DNA of 63,771 nucleotides, filler included, from Sphacelaria rigidula (lineage: Eukaryota): the NCBI GenBank assembly GCA_964200075.2. It is 5 parts of 5 records of this genome, joined end to end, with 100 filler letters (N's around TTAATTAATTAA, not from the genome) between each part and the next. Parts side by side here need not be neighbours in the genome. Positions count along the whole stretch, not along the records: positions 38,328 to 51,001 come from CAXNAA020003517.1; positions 51,102 to 63,771 come from CAXNAA020003519.1; 3 more parts are not named here. One strand, 5' to 3'. Both the position numbers and the translations under genes were made by a program. The number at the start of each line of letters is the position of its first letter. Within the stretch, counting starts at the first letter, position 1. The notes below the pieces were generated by a model that made no database searches, had not been told where the DNA came from, and worked only from the letters and a program-made list of their open reading frames with translations. Shown here piece after piece: positions 39,689 through 52,817 of this stretch.

Positions 39689-40266
39689 CTGAATTATTCG
39701 ATAGAAGCCGGTCACCGATACATCTAGAGGAAGCTTTTGGCACATAGCACGACAGGATCGGGCTAAGTGGGGCAAAGAAATCTGTTTCCCGTCGAGCGAA
39801 AGATGTGCAACATATATGGATATCAGTTTCTTCATCCCACGTTAGTATCTCACACACGTGGATAGGAGGTGGGACAGGGAGGGTGGGTGGCCCAGGGGAT
39901 CATCAAAATAAACCCAACCACAAGATTTGACCATGTGAAAACATGAGTGCGCCCGGGAGTTGCCACCATCCACAGCCTCAACACAAACCGTCGCTATCTA
40001 GTCCTCGATCGATCTCATGCTGACATTTTCCGTCCCTCGTCTTGAAACAAAGTGCATTTCTCGGAACAACGCCGAGGGCTTTCATTGGTCGAATCAAGAC
40101 CGCCGACGCAAAGTCAGAGACAAGCAGTTCTCACCCGATTTCTAGATGACAAATCACTTTCAACTGAAGGAAAAAAGCCTTACCACGGACTCCATCGGGG
40201 AAAAACATGCGCAAATGCCGTTATAAACAAGTTTTTTTTCGTCTTAATGAACAAAATCACACATAC

Positions 40267-41139
40267 CTCAAGATGCCCTCCCGCAGCGGCCCCGATACAG
40301 ACATCATCAGTCCATGGACAGCCATTTTCCCTGCACCACTGGAGCACCTCAAGATGTCCGGCCTCGGCGGCACAGCGGGTCGTGCGGGTATCCCAATCAG
40401 CCCCATTTTCACGCGCCCATTTCAACACCATCAAGTGACCTCCCCTTGCAGCGGAGTAGCACGTTGATGAGTCCCACGGAGCGGAGTTCTCCCTGCACCA
40501 CATGAGCATCTCTAGATGACCCCTTCCCGCCGCAGCGCGACACGTGGTGACGTCCCACGGGCAGCCGTTTTCCCGGGCCCACTGTAGAACGTCCAGGGTA
40601 TTCGTGTTAGCCGACCCGCTGCATGTTTTTTCCGTCCAAGGGCAGCCGTGCGATCTTGCACACTGGAGGACTTCTAGTGGGCAGTGACGCGCGGCCTCGT
40701 CGCAGATAAAGGATGTGCATTGCAGGCCACACTGGAAGCTCGAAGTGAGTTGAGACGCGGTGGTGTACGGTGCTATTGCTCTTGTGTGGGTAGGGCGTCG
40801 TCGCTGTTTTTCATTCTGCTGCTGCTGCCGCTGTTGCTGCCTTGCTGATTGTCGATAACCATCATGATGTCGGAGTGGGTGTGCAGAGAGGAGGTCTTCG
40901 TTTACCTTCGTCTCGTCTTTGTCGGCTTCGTCAGCAGATTCGTTGTCATCATGGTCGTTGTTGTCACCATTTCCTTGCTGAACAACCCACGAGCTATTCC
41001 AACTCTTGCACACCGACGCGAAAAAAAGATATTCATCGTCGCGAACGAACTGGGACATCATGGCTATCATGTCCTCGTTGTTTGCCAGAGGGTTTGCCAA
41101 CAAGCCGTCTCTTGTGCCGCTGGGTACCTGAAAGGTCAT
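40267..41139 (-). CDS. Ankyrin-repeat protein, first/large exon with F-box-like N-terminal motif
   Basis: YLFFASVCKSW motif, acidic/Gln-rich linker, ankyrin repeats, GAG|GTATGT donor; start codon uncertain. Confidence 0.88.
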
Positions 41140-41786
41140 TGTTCGCCATCCGCGGGTGGGGTGGGGGGGGAACGAGAGGTGGGTCAGTCGGGTTTGATAA
41201 CGCGGAACCTGAGGAACGAGATCGGGGCTTCTCTTCTACACCGATGTGAGCAGGCTGAGTGAAGTTCCCAAAACACATTACTCAATGTGCTGAAACAAGG
41301 CATGCTGGTACTGGCGTTTGTTTCGGTTGAAAGAACGTTTCCAGAAGAGAGCAACCCAACAAGACGTTTGTCTAGTCGTGGTGTTTCCAATTTCGTAGTG
41401 AGAGAACATCAGCTCAGTCACCTGCACACCTCAACAGTAGATCAGCACAGTCACCTGTGTGCATTAACCATAATACAGACATAGCTGGAAAGACAGTCAA
41501 AGGAAAAGTACGGCCGAGAATTACACGCTTTTTCAAATATCAAGTACTCCAAGTAAGGCAGTGAACAGTATCAACATCAGTATCCAGTACCAAGGAACCA
41601 CACTTCAAAAACACATCTGCAGCGCACTTGAGCACCATCGACAACAGCGCCAACGTCGGCACCAGGGCGCAGCTGTCAAAAGGTTGACGAGCGTGCACTT
41701 CGATGCACGCGGGCAAACGGTGCAGACAGACCAATCTAGCAATGCGCACTAGGTCTTATACGTTGTGTCCGAAACAAGCCACACCT

Positions 41787-42107
41787 AACAGTGGTTTCGT
41801 GATATTGAGAGTAGATGATACAATTGAGAGTGAAAAGCGGTCAATCAGTGAATGATTCGTTTCAGTTCCGAAATGCANNNNNNNNTATGCACTTCCACGA
41901 GGCCCAACATGCTTTCTGCAATAGCTGGCCAATGAGGCCCTTGATATCCATGGGTAGGATATCGACGTGTAGCTGTAAGCACACGTAAGTGATGGAGGTG
42001 AAGAATAAAGAAAAGCAACGTGGAATAAAGAAATGACTCACTTAGAGCGAATGATCAAAGCCACTCTCAATCGTATCATCTACTCTCAATCTCACGAAAA
42101 CGCTGTT
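41787..42107. mobile_element. MITE with ~45-bp TIRs and 4-bp TSD
   Basis: AACAGTGGTTTCGTGATATTGAGAGTAGATGATAC ... GTATCATCTACTCTCAATCTCACGAAAACGCTGTT; ACCT on both flanks. Confidence 0.8.
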
Positions 42108-43555
42108 ACCTCAAGATAGTTTCACACAGTAGCAGGTTGCTATAGTTTCACTCGTATTCGTTATCGCTCTATTCAAAGCTCTTTCACGTCGCTCACCGAA
42201 GTATAGCAATGCTTGGCAGCAGGCTCCACTTCGCGAGTGCGTCGAGAGCTGGGTGGTCACTGACTATACCCTTTTTTTCATCAATTACACACTCGGCCTG
42301 ATCAAGCCCGATCAGGCCTGCAATTATACTGTCCCGTATGTTTTGCTGTAAACGCCTCCTAGCCTCATGACACAGAAAACGTACCAAGTACAGACAAGTA
42401 TTTCAGGCGTAACGCAGAGAGTGGTACGCTCGATCGACATATTTGTTTCCCTCCTCCCACACGAAGCGTCAACCACAGTGGTGGCAGTTGGGACTGACCT
42501 GATGATCTTTTGTTGCTGACGGATGGTTAGTGATTCATGAAAACGCGAAAGAAAGCCCTTTACCGGTCTGCGAGAGGGAGGGAGGTGGAGTAATGAGCAT
42601 GTGGGTGTTTTCTGGTGACGACTGTTTCCCGTTAAGGCTTGTGGTGTTCAGCCTTCCTGATGCTTTTTTCATCCTGCGAATGGATGTACAATATGGAGCG
42701 GACGTGGTTCTTCATCACAGTTGGATACAACAGTCCAAGGGTGCACACGCCACATCTGTAGGCGGTCCGATGTTTGATGGGGTGGGTATCTGTGGTTCAC
42801 CACCAATCACGAATGTATGGTCCAACAGCGTTGAGTGTACACATAGCTGGACGATTCTAAAAAAAGTGCGAATCTATCGATCAGTCATCCACGGCGGATT
42901 TTAAATTTTCATTTTTCGAAAAATTCTGACGTCACCACCCTGGATGACGTCACCGGTCGATGACAGAGGTTTCGACAACCGACAAATTTCCGTTGAAAAA
43001 AATCGGCCAGTCAGAGGACTGCGGGCCCCTTTCCTCTCTCTCTGATACAACACAACAATGGTAATCGAGTGAGGAGCGGACACTAATGATACGGAGAGCA
43101 GCGACATCATCGGACCGGGGACTCCGTGAGCCTAGTAGATACGAGTATTCGATTGCCTCTTCATACTAAAAAAAAAAATCTGAGTATGAAGTACGGTGAG
43201 TTATCACCACAAGTGAAGTACAGTATGCATGATAAACAAGCAGAAGTGTGACTTTTTATCGAAGCGGACATTGTCCGAGCCGCACTAGGGTATATGAGCA
43301 TCGCACCCACAAACTGCTCGGTCGCGTGATGGATCGGTATCTAAACGAGGACTTTCTGTTGTCTGTGCGTGTGCGCTCGGTATGCACAGTTATGGAAACG
43401 GGGGAGCGACAGTCTGCATAAATGAATACATGCACATATCCATGTATATTTTTAAACCGTGCAACATTTTTTTTTCGATATATTATAAATCTGTAGAAAT
43501 GGATCGATGTTATTATGCGTCATTTGGGGGGGAACGTTGGAAATGTAAAAAGACA

Positions 43556-43887
43556 TGTAACAAATAAGCGGTACAACTCATTACCTTTCAGCTTAGCAGT
43601 TACGCTATACTGCTTAGATTGGAGTATTGTGGACATGTGGTACATAGTAAGTTAAGGTACAACTTGGTCAGACGAGAAGGCCTAGTAACGAAGGGTAAGG
43701 ACAAAGATACCTAGGAGTCAAACAGATGAAAAAACGGCAGGTCAAGTACTAAAAGGGTCGAGTACAGAAGTGTCAAAGTAATTAATGTTCATTCGTACAG
43801 TTTCGTGTACGTAGTGTCGAATGTAAGGGTCTGCGACGAAGAGTCTGTTCAGAAAGATTACAGCTTAGGCTAGCCCCTACCGTTACA
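43556..43887. repeat. Possible solo LTR or LTR fragment
   Basis: TGTAAC...GTTACA inverted termini and a G-run upstream; no 4-5-bp TSD. Confidence 0.3.
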
Positions 43888-44529
43888 ACACTACTCTCGT
43901 TGCTCTCTTCTTATTAGCTCTTCATCAGCTCTGTTTCGAGAAAAGACCGAGTGTTGTTGTTCTGTGTTGGCCAAGTAAGCGCCCGAGAAATGTATCGACT
44001 TTTTTTGCTGATCGGCGCAAGTGCGTTTCACGACGACTCTGCACTCCTTGCGACGTTCTCATCACTGATATAATCGAACTAGCTTTTGCTTGTGGGACAG
44101 CCGAGCGACTGAGCGTATATTTTTACATAGAAAGTCACGTCATTTCCAATAGTATGTAGCCACGGCGCCCAGAAACCCTCTGGATGAATGGCTGGTCTGT
44201 CTTCTGTGCGCTGTGTCTCTCCCGGCAGTCTTGTTCCATTTTCATGATATTGAGGCATTCTACAAAAGTTATAATTCATAACCCGCGCCGTCCATTCGAA
44301 ACGGTCATGCTCGAAGGCGTAAAATATTCCGACCCAAGAGAGGGAGACATCCTCGACAGAGACGGGTTTACACCTGCACGGCAAAGAGGCGCTACAGACA
44401 TTGTTGCAGTCTGAGGCGCCGGGATGGCAAGGTATACATGCCACTGCGGAGGGGGCAAGGACTTTACACTACACTTTAGACAAAGGACACAACAATACTC
44501 CATTGGTTCAGTAATAGACGCGGGGGAAA

Positions 44530-46430
44530 ACCTATCGATATATATATATATATTGTCGAACACAATGGATGGTGAAGCACGTATGTTGATATGTATTGCA
44601 AGGGACAACAAATGTTGCAAGCGTCGATCAACAGTCAGTGTCAATTACAATAAAATTAAGATTACTGTCCATCGACGGGCATCGTACACCGCATTAGATT
44701 CTAGGATGTATTCATCGATAGCCATTGCCGAAATCGATAGATTTGGTGAGCCATTCATCGATAGATTTGGTGGGTCATCTATCGTCAGCAATTGCGGTCA
44801 TCGATAGATTTAGTGAGCCGTCTATCGGCAGCCTTCTATCGTCATCAATAGCTTTGGTGGACAATTTATCGATAGCCCCAGTCGCCTACAATGGATTTTG
44901 GGGGATCTATCAAAAGTCATTGCCGTCAACAATCGATTGCTCTAGAGAGCATCTATCGGTGGCCAGTGACGCCAACGATAGGTCTTGAGAAATATTTTTC
45001 TCACTGCAATGGTGTTACGACATCAACGGCAATATGCTCAATCTACCGTAACTGCTCACGGCAGTGGCCTTACGGCATCAACGGCAATACCACTCATACA
45101 TGAGCACGTCACTACCTGAGGCGAGAGCTGGTCATAGCTTCTGTGGAAAAAGTCCGTGTATTAGCAAACCATTTTTCGATCGAAAAAGGGTGGTGGGAAA
45201 TAAAAATATTATCTGATAGGTCGTGATGTGAACATAAATGGCAACAACTGAAATCATGACCTATCAGATTGGAATTTCGTTTTCCACCGCACATTTTCGA
45301 TCGAAACTGATGTACTGAAACACGACCTCAGGTGGAAACATCCACCGAAAAATGTGCATACATAGCTGTGACTGACGCCACTCAGCTTCTGAGGTGTCTA
45401 GCGATAGATATTGGTCGTCGTGGTTCGGATCGCATTATGACGAGCGATAGATATTGGTGGCCACGATTCAGATTCTATTGCAACCAGCGATTGGTATCGG
45501 TGGGCGCAATTTAGATCATTTTTGTGACTACATGTATTGGTGGCCGCGTTGTAGGTCCTACTCTTACTAGCAATAGACACCGGTGGCCGCAAATCAGAGC
45601 CTATTGCAACAAGTGACATGTGTCGATAGACAACTCGGCCACTTCATTGTCACGACAAGGATACATTCTGCTCCTTGTCCCGAATAAAATGTCGCCTACA
45701 ACAGCCATCGATAGCCGACGATCATGACTGACAATAAACATTGACAGTCAGATTTTCGGGGCTATTGCAGTGGCAATGTTATATTTCATCATCTGTTGTC
45801 CAGGGTATAAAAGCGCATCACCCACGCACAAAAGTACTACAAGCGGTCATGTTCATCAGAGGCGCAACCCTGAGAATCGGCACCACATCAACAACAAACT
45901 CGTAAACTGAAAATTTGCAGAATCGTGACGTCAAATTTTCACAAGTATTATCATATGCCCACTGTATGGTCACCTGCGGCTTCTCCACTGTACTTCAACA
46001 GAGTATAATATGTTCTATACAAAGTATGTTGCAATGTAGGTGTGGCAATAGACGGCAGAGAAAATCTAATAGTAGGCTTTGTATACCACAGTAGATTCTG
46101 GTATGCATCACTGCCGCCATCAATAGATGTTGTGCACTCATCTATCAGTAGCAATTATCGTCATCAATAGATTTCGTACACAAATCTATCAATAGCCATC
46201 GCCGTCACCAATAGATTTGGGAGGCTATCGATCGATATGATTGGTCAGCGGCAATAGTTTGAGGTGTAGGGTCACAATAGACTGCTGCGCGGGCGATGGT
46301 GTGGGAAAAGGGGTCTATCGATAGACATGATACGATAAAAGAAAGAAAAAGTCATCGATCGATAGTCATCACGAACAACAGCATTGGCATCCACTGCGGC
46401 AGATTCTATTGCTCTTGCAATAGATGCCGT
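44530..46430. repeat. Degenerate element(s) rich in CTATCGATAG/CAATAG motifs
   Basis: Many ATCGATAG/CTATTG motifs; TIR-like TTGTCCAGGGTAT at ~45796-45808; interrupts family C sequence. Confidence 0.55.
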
Positions 46431-47261
46431 CTTTTTGTTCACAGTGTGCTTTACACACGAAAAGTATCGCCGCTCGGTAATATACGAAGCTGACTCTCTG
46501 CGCTTTGAGCCGGCAGTGCAACGAATACTGCAGTATTGAATACGACGCGAACCACGCCTCGGCAGGGGGCTGGAATACCCGCGATCCATCCGTGAAAAAT
46601 ACCCACCCTGGACAACTCATGATCAATAGTTGCACTGGACAAACAATGTACTGCGTAAAGTACAGTAATTTTCAGCTGAAATCGGGGAATTTCGTGGATT
46701 TTTCGCAGTCGGCGATTTCCGATAATGTTTTACATGCCACTGCCCTTTCCAGTGAAGGCTTAATCCCAAAGGCTGGGGATCGGGAGATACTAGGCATCCG
46801 CTCTTCAATACGAAACAAAACAACATAGTTTCTGCACTTAATATTGAACGACTTACGGGCTGCGCGATTTTGGGAGTCCCTGCCACTACCCGGCTCCCAG
46901 ATTTTGACCCTTGGGTGTTGTCGCTCCAATGAAAAAATCCCGATCGTTCTCATGAACAAACGAAAAGGGATATATATATATATTAATATCCACCTATTCG
47001 TCGCGCTAGAGCCGAAACACCGTGTTTTCAGGGCCAGCGACGGCTGATGACTTCCCTGAAAAACGACGTACTTCCTCCCATTCGTTGCGCTAGTGCCGAA
47101 AAACCGTGTCTTTTGGGCCAGTGACGACTGATGACGCCCCCTGAAAAACGACGCACTTTCTCCGTATCACCGCAACAACACCAATCGAGGATAGTGTCCC
47201 TGCACGACTTGCTTCATTTCCCAATATCTCTCGACGCCAGGAGTGCCGAGGAAGAATACTT

Positions 47262-48452
47262 CGAGCTGGGTCAGCCTCGACACGGATTTAAGCTCTCGAA
47301 GCAATATCTCGTCGACACGGACGAGTTGGGCCATGATCCGCATATCGTATTGATGGTCTAACCAAGGGAAAGGTGCCCATCTGCTCGAAAGTTTGGGCCC
47401 ATATTCTCTCGTCGGTTAAACCTCATGTGTAGTAATTCCTATACCTAGCGGAGATAGCGTCCATACCAAAATCTCTATGAAGCCCCCGATCGATGCAGTC
47501 AGCGGACGACGACGAATTTTGGTGTGGACATTCCCTGGAGCACGGGGAGACGATAGATACCCTCACCTTCACCTAATTCGTAATCTATCTCGAGATATGG
47601 CGCACATGACTTTCTATACTAGACTCAGTATAATACGAGCAGAGGCACTAGATGAACTAAATGTGGATATCGCGTCTCAGTTTTTCAAACTTATGCCATG
47701 AAAATTCGTATCGAAAACCGCTAGTGCATAATAAAGCTTAAAAAAACAGCATCATCATTTTTCATTCTTCATTTTTTTTCCGGGTTTTTGGGGCAGTTTT
47801 GAGGAGAAATGAAAACTGCTCTTGGGCCTTATCTCAATTTGTAACCTCAATTTTTAGAATTGTGATTTGAAACTCAGGATAAAGAACCACAGAGGTATGC
47901 TGAAAAAAAAAATGGGCCCTCATTATTTTTGGAAGAGGTTCGGGCGTTCTCGTAAAACAATGGCCGCTTCCATACTAAAACGCCCTAAACCAGTGAAGAA
48001 AATAGAAAATCAATCAGAACCACATTGTTTCATCAATCATGCCCAAGCCACGGTCCACATAAAGTTTCAATACACAAACACCAAACGTGAGCCGGTAAAT
48101 GACCTGCAAAATACTGTTCCGAATTTCTTTTGACCCCGTCACTAAACGTCCCATTCACCGGCCACTATTTAGAGTTGAACCCTGAAATTTGGTATGAACA
48201 ACGAATAGGGCAAAATAAAATAATATACCAGTGCGCACAAAGTTTTTTTCTCATGAGTTAAGGGCAATAATCAGTTTTCAGGTATCAGTAAAATGCCCTT
48301 AATCCATGAGAAAAAAAGACCTTGTGTGCACTGGTATTTGTTTTCATTATGCCCTCTTCATTGTCCAAACCGAATTTCAGGATCCAACTCTAAATATCGG
48401 CCGTTGAATGGGCCTGTAAACTACAAATTCGCTTTTCGGCTGGCCCAGCTCG
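47262..48452. mobile_element. Mariner-type non-autonomous element, second copy (short right TIR)
   Basis: CGAGCTGGGTCAGCC ... GGCTGGCCCAGCTCG|TA; largely colinear with 19310-20446. Confidence 0.8.
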
Positions 48453-48779
48453 TACACGAGAGAATTAAAAGACGTCCCCCAAAACGAAAATTGCCCAACT
48501 AAGCTCGGCATACCACAGGGGGGGGTGAAACATAGACCTGTGGTCTTGAAGCGTTTCCCCCCCCAAAATGTATGCGCCTTGTTCAAAAGAGGATAATTTT
48601 GAAGCGGAAACCTCGCCGAGGCATTAGAATCACTTGATTTTAGTGTGTAAGTGCGAAAAATGAGAACGCATCTTTATGCGAAATATGCGAAATCATGAAG
48701 AGCATAGGTCTAGTAAAACAAATGCATTCGCTCCCGTGAATAATTCTTTAGACTCTTTTTATCTGGCACTGGGCCCACA

Positions 48780-49700
48780 GATAGGGGCGAAAATTATGAG
48801 TGGAAAGGTTTCTCGACCATTCATAGTCTTCAAATACCAAAATGTGGCGACCTTTCTTCAATAAAATGAGAAAAACGAGTGGAACATGAGTCGAAAAGTA
48901 GCTTTGATTGGCTCACACATTACGCCGCTCCGAGGTAGACAGCTGCTACTATCAATAAGCGAGGATACGGCAGATCCGTGCTGGCTCAGTTTGTTTGCCC
49001 CAACCTGCACGCACCTGCCTTGCGTGTCTTCCCTTATCACAGCACCCGACTATAACTGAAGTACCAGATGAGACGCAACAGGAAGCTGCACGGCCGTCAC
49101 GTGACGATTGTTTCAACCTTTTTTGTTTGCACAGCACTTTGATCCCACCCCAATTCTGTTCAGACCGAAACACAGCATGCAGCGGTACAACTGCTCAGGC
49201 ACTCTCCACCGCACATCGCACCGTGATCGTCTTAGAGTGTTCAGATGCACAACAGCACACCGACAACTACAGCGCAGGAATTATGGGTTTAGGAAGCGCC
49301 TTGTTGGTTTGACTCCAGACGAAACAGTCAACCCACCATGGAGGTTTCAACAGTGTGTAGAGAGCACTGTGTGCCGAAAACATTATTTTTCATAGAAACG
49401 AACGGAATGACGATATAAAGCAACTCAGGCATTCCCAGCGGAGATCAAACCGTCTCCACAAGACCTAAAGACGCCACAGCGCAGCGACAGCTACAGCACA
49501 CGAGACAGAGCATGTGTGTGTGCTGCAGCATAGTGGTACAAGACATGTCCCATTCGATAGTTCTTTCCCTGATTTCGCTTGGGTCCTCGATTTTTGCCAA
49601 GTGGCGATTTTCAAAAGCTCGGCCACAGTCGCGCTTCGCGAGAGATGATATTTGATTTCACTTTGAGTTACCCCCATCTGTGGGAGGTAAGCTTATTATC
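48780..49700 (-). repeat. Dispersed repeat family D copy
   Basis: Colinear with ~56900-57800. Confidence 0.75.
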
Positions 49701-51101
49701 TTCACCTATTGATTGCTCCATTATAGAGCCGGAAAGACTTCGTCTTGAATGGAAAATGGTCAAAAACACCCCTGGTCAATTCAGCCCATGAGTTGTTCAA
49801 TTTTGAGCGCAGGTAAGTATGGTTGTTGTTGGGGAATGTGAAGCGGACGTCTATTGTAGTATCTCCCGATCTGCAAACTCCGGGATCTAGCATTTTTTAC
49901 TGGGATCAACGGTGACACACGAAAAAACTACTGGAAATCACCGACTACGAAAAAATGACAAAACTTCTTGTTTGAGCTGAAAACGACTTTATAGGGTTAT
50001 TCAACTATTATCGGTCGAGAGTGGTTGCCATGGGCCCATAATTTATGAAGCACATACGTTGTTACCGCAACTTCATAAGTACATCGTCCAGGTTGTGCAA
50101 AAATACAATTTGCACTCTGTTCTATTCTGGAACCAAGTGAAGTGAGAAAAAAAACTCGCAAAAGGGCCATCGCCCGACTGTCAGAGAAAGCTCGAGATTT
50201 TCACGCTGGAGCGTCGTCTACAAGAATTGCAGGTTGATTCTGGTGGAAGACAGCAGCAAATGCCCCCGTTGTCGTCAGACTGTCGTGGTCTCCGCCTGGC
50301 TGAATCTGGTACTGTCTGTAAGATGACGTTGCCCCCTTCCTGAACAGCTTCAAAGCGGTCCTTGGCAGAAGACACCTTCTCTTCGGCTCGACTGTCCGGC
50401 CGCGTCTTGCGAGATACGGCAAATGAAACGCAAGGCATCCATCTACCTCCGACACACGACGAACCCTGACTGGTGGTTGTTTTTGTGCTACTACAAGCGT
50501 CGACCGATAAGCGATCGTCCTTAACGACAGCGCTGGCAAGATCTGCCGCTCCCTCCGGGCGGATGTCATATCGTTTCCCTCAGAATTGTTATTTGTCAAG
50601 TGAGAAATGCCCCGACAATCTTCCGCATCGTACATTATCGTCTTTTCAGGCCGCGCAGCTCATAAAACGCTTGGGGTCGCCACAACTGCTGCGTCGACAC
50701 CTACCCGTGGAACCAAGGCGCACATACCCGAAGATTCAGCATTATCGGACACCAGGTGTACCATGCTTGGGCGCCTAATCTCCCAACGTACCGTCTCCAT
50801 ATTATTGGAAAGGGATAACACTGCTCGGGCCCTCCAAAATTTGCACGGTTATTCAGGACGAATCATCACGGGTTCGAATCACCCAATCCACGATTTCTTC
50901 GGCCTGATTGTCCAAAAGGGGGGGGGAAGTTGACCGCTGCTCCAAGGGGTATCCACCCAACTTTTGCACCATTCCACGTGTCTGGGCTGCGTGTACCTGG
51001 GNNNNNNNNNNNNNNNNNNNNNNNNNNNNNNNNNNNNNNNNNNNNTTAATTAATTAANNNNNNNNNNNNNNNNNNNNNNNNNNNNNNNNNNNNNNNNNNN
51101 N

Positions 51102-51326
51102 CGGAATGTGGCTCTGTGGAGGGAGTGGTGGGGTCGGGGTCGGGGTCGGGGTCGGGGTGGGGGTGGGGGCGGGGGTGGCGACGGCGGCAGGCGCGGTTGT
51201 TGTTGTGGAAGAAGGCGCAACCTGCTCTTGCCTGCCCGTTAGCATGTATCTCTGAAGCTCCTTTCGCTTCTCGGGGCTAAACACCGACTGAACTTCCCAC
51301 GTTGCCACCAAGCGAGCGAGATGTTT
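51102..51326 (-). CDS. Pcf11-like CID protein exon 2 (truncated by gap)
   Basis: AAACAG acceptor; KHLARLVATWEVQSVFS completes the CID domain, followed by a Pro/Thr-rich linker. Confidence 0.8.
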
Positions 51327-51367
51327 CTGTTTAACGAGTCGGCGACGGCAGGGATTGGACGTTAGGG

Positions 51368-51524
51368 CGTACTCATTTGTTGCTTGCCTTAGTCGTTCGA
51401 CCATTGACCACGCATCCCTTTCGAGACGNNNNNNNNNAGAGACACCTTCAACATTCCGGCGCTCATTACGTTTCTTCCATACATTACACAAAAACCTTCA
51501 ACATATTTTATCCCAGTCCTGTGT
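51368..51524 (-). mobile_element. 5'-truncated retroposon (family B) with 13-bp TSD
   Basis: Same 3' tail as 23369-23441; TTGGACGTTAGGG at 51355-51367 and 51525-51537. Confidence 0.85.
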
Positions 51525-52817
51525 TTGGACGTTAGGGGGGGTCTGGAGTACAGGGAAATAGAAGAAGCAAGCGCGAACACATGGGGGTCGCTACTTCCGT
51601 GAGGGTTGTAGGATTCACGGACAGCTCTGTGGCTTGTGACTGGGGAACCACTAGGGCTTGTCCAGCACAGTTGGCAAAATTCAATACGATATTGCGAATA
51701 AGGACAGAGACTTTACACATGACGTGTCCACGTGAGCTTGTACGCCCAGTTCACCACGTACAGCACAGCACAATGGCACAATAAACTTTCGAACTTGCCA
51801 ATCGCAAGTGAGAATGGCCCTAAAAGGCCCATCCTCATCCTTAGACCGCGAGGGTGGTCCACCTGAATAATGAATTATAGTTTTGGCGATGAAACGCATG
51901 GCCTAACTCTCGTTGTCTAAGGGTTAACGGCATCAAACAAAAAGGCGAAGAGCAAAGCAAGTGTCCAGAAGCAGCATGTTGACTGGTCGCCGCGACATCA
52001 CCCAACCGTGATACGACCTATCAACATGCTTCGACGCTTTGCTTTCCTTCCGCTTCTTTCAGTCCCGTCAAGATGGGCCCATATGTGCATCAAAATACTG
52101 CAAATAAGAAAGACATCGTACTACAAAGGAAGAATCACATCACACACTTGAAAAAGACAGGGACATGACAACAACATCAAGATACTTGACACATACATAT
52201 TTGAATAAACCAGCCCACGCGAGATTATCGGAGTTCAGTTGTCTATGCTGTACTTCAAATGAGGATATCTTACAGCAGTGAACAATACGCCGCAATACTT
52301 ATAGCTCTTTGCTCTTTACTGTAGCGTGTTTTTAACCCACAGCAGGCACATATATACCAATCCCCCCGTAGGTGTGCCCAGTTTTCAACAAGTACACTCG
52401 TTTTTCACGACTTCATCACAGCAGATACGTGCCTACAACGGACGCACTCGAGGCCAAAGGAGCGAGTAAGTATCGAGGCGTTATGTACTACTACTCACAA
52501 AAGGAACAGGATGATAGGCACGGCCGTCAAAAAATCAACGCACGCAATTTTTGAGTAAAACCGTTGCCACTCCACGCTACTGTACTTGTTATTAGCAACC
52601 GCTGAACGCATGACACTCCAACATGCTGGTAATCTACAGCATGCTTCTTGTTGCTCTCCGCGAGAGAGTGGTCAATAATATTCGTTGACTTGTTTGCTAC
52701 GGGGTCGGGAGCCGCCGACGTCATGGCTCATGATCACAGAGCACCGATACATAAAACGGGAGGAGCGGGGCAATTCTTCTGTAGCCAGGACGATTCATAA
52801 GAAATGCAACAACTTAC

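Larger units (their letters stand above)
46602..50097. mobile_element. 3.5-kb TIR element of the CACACCCTGGACAA family with nested insertions
   Basis: CCCACCCTGGACAA ... TCGTCCAGGTTGTG; flanks GAAAAATA/CAAAAATA; flanking family C sequence is contiguous in the copy at ~8150. Confidence 0.75.

Noticed and set aside
38603..41139. Endogenous giant-virus insertion
   Set aside because: Gene has spliceosomal introns and no neighbouring viral core genes or gene-dense intronless region.
46996..47160. Tandem ~84-bp repeat containing CTGATGA...GAAA (hammerhead-like core)
   Set aside because: Stem II (CTTCCCT) cannot pair and stems I/III do not close correctly.
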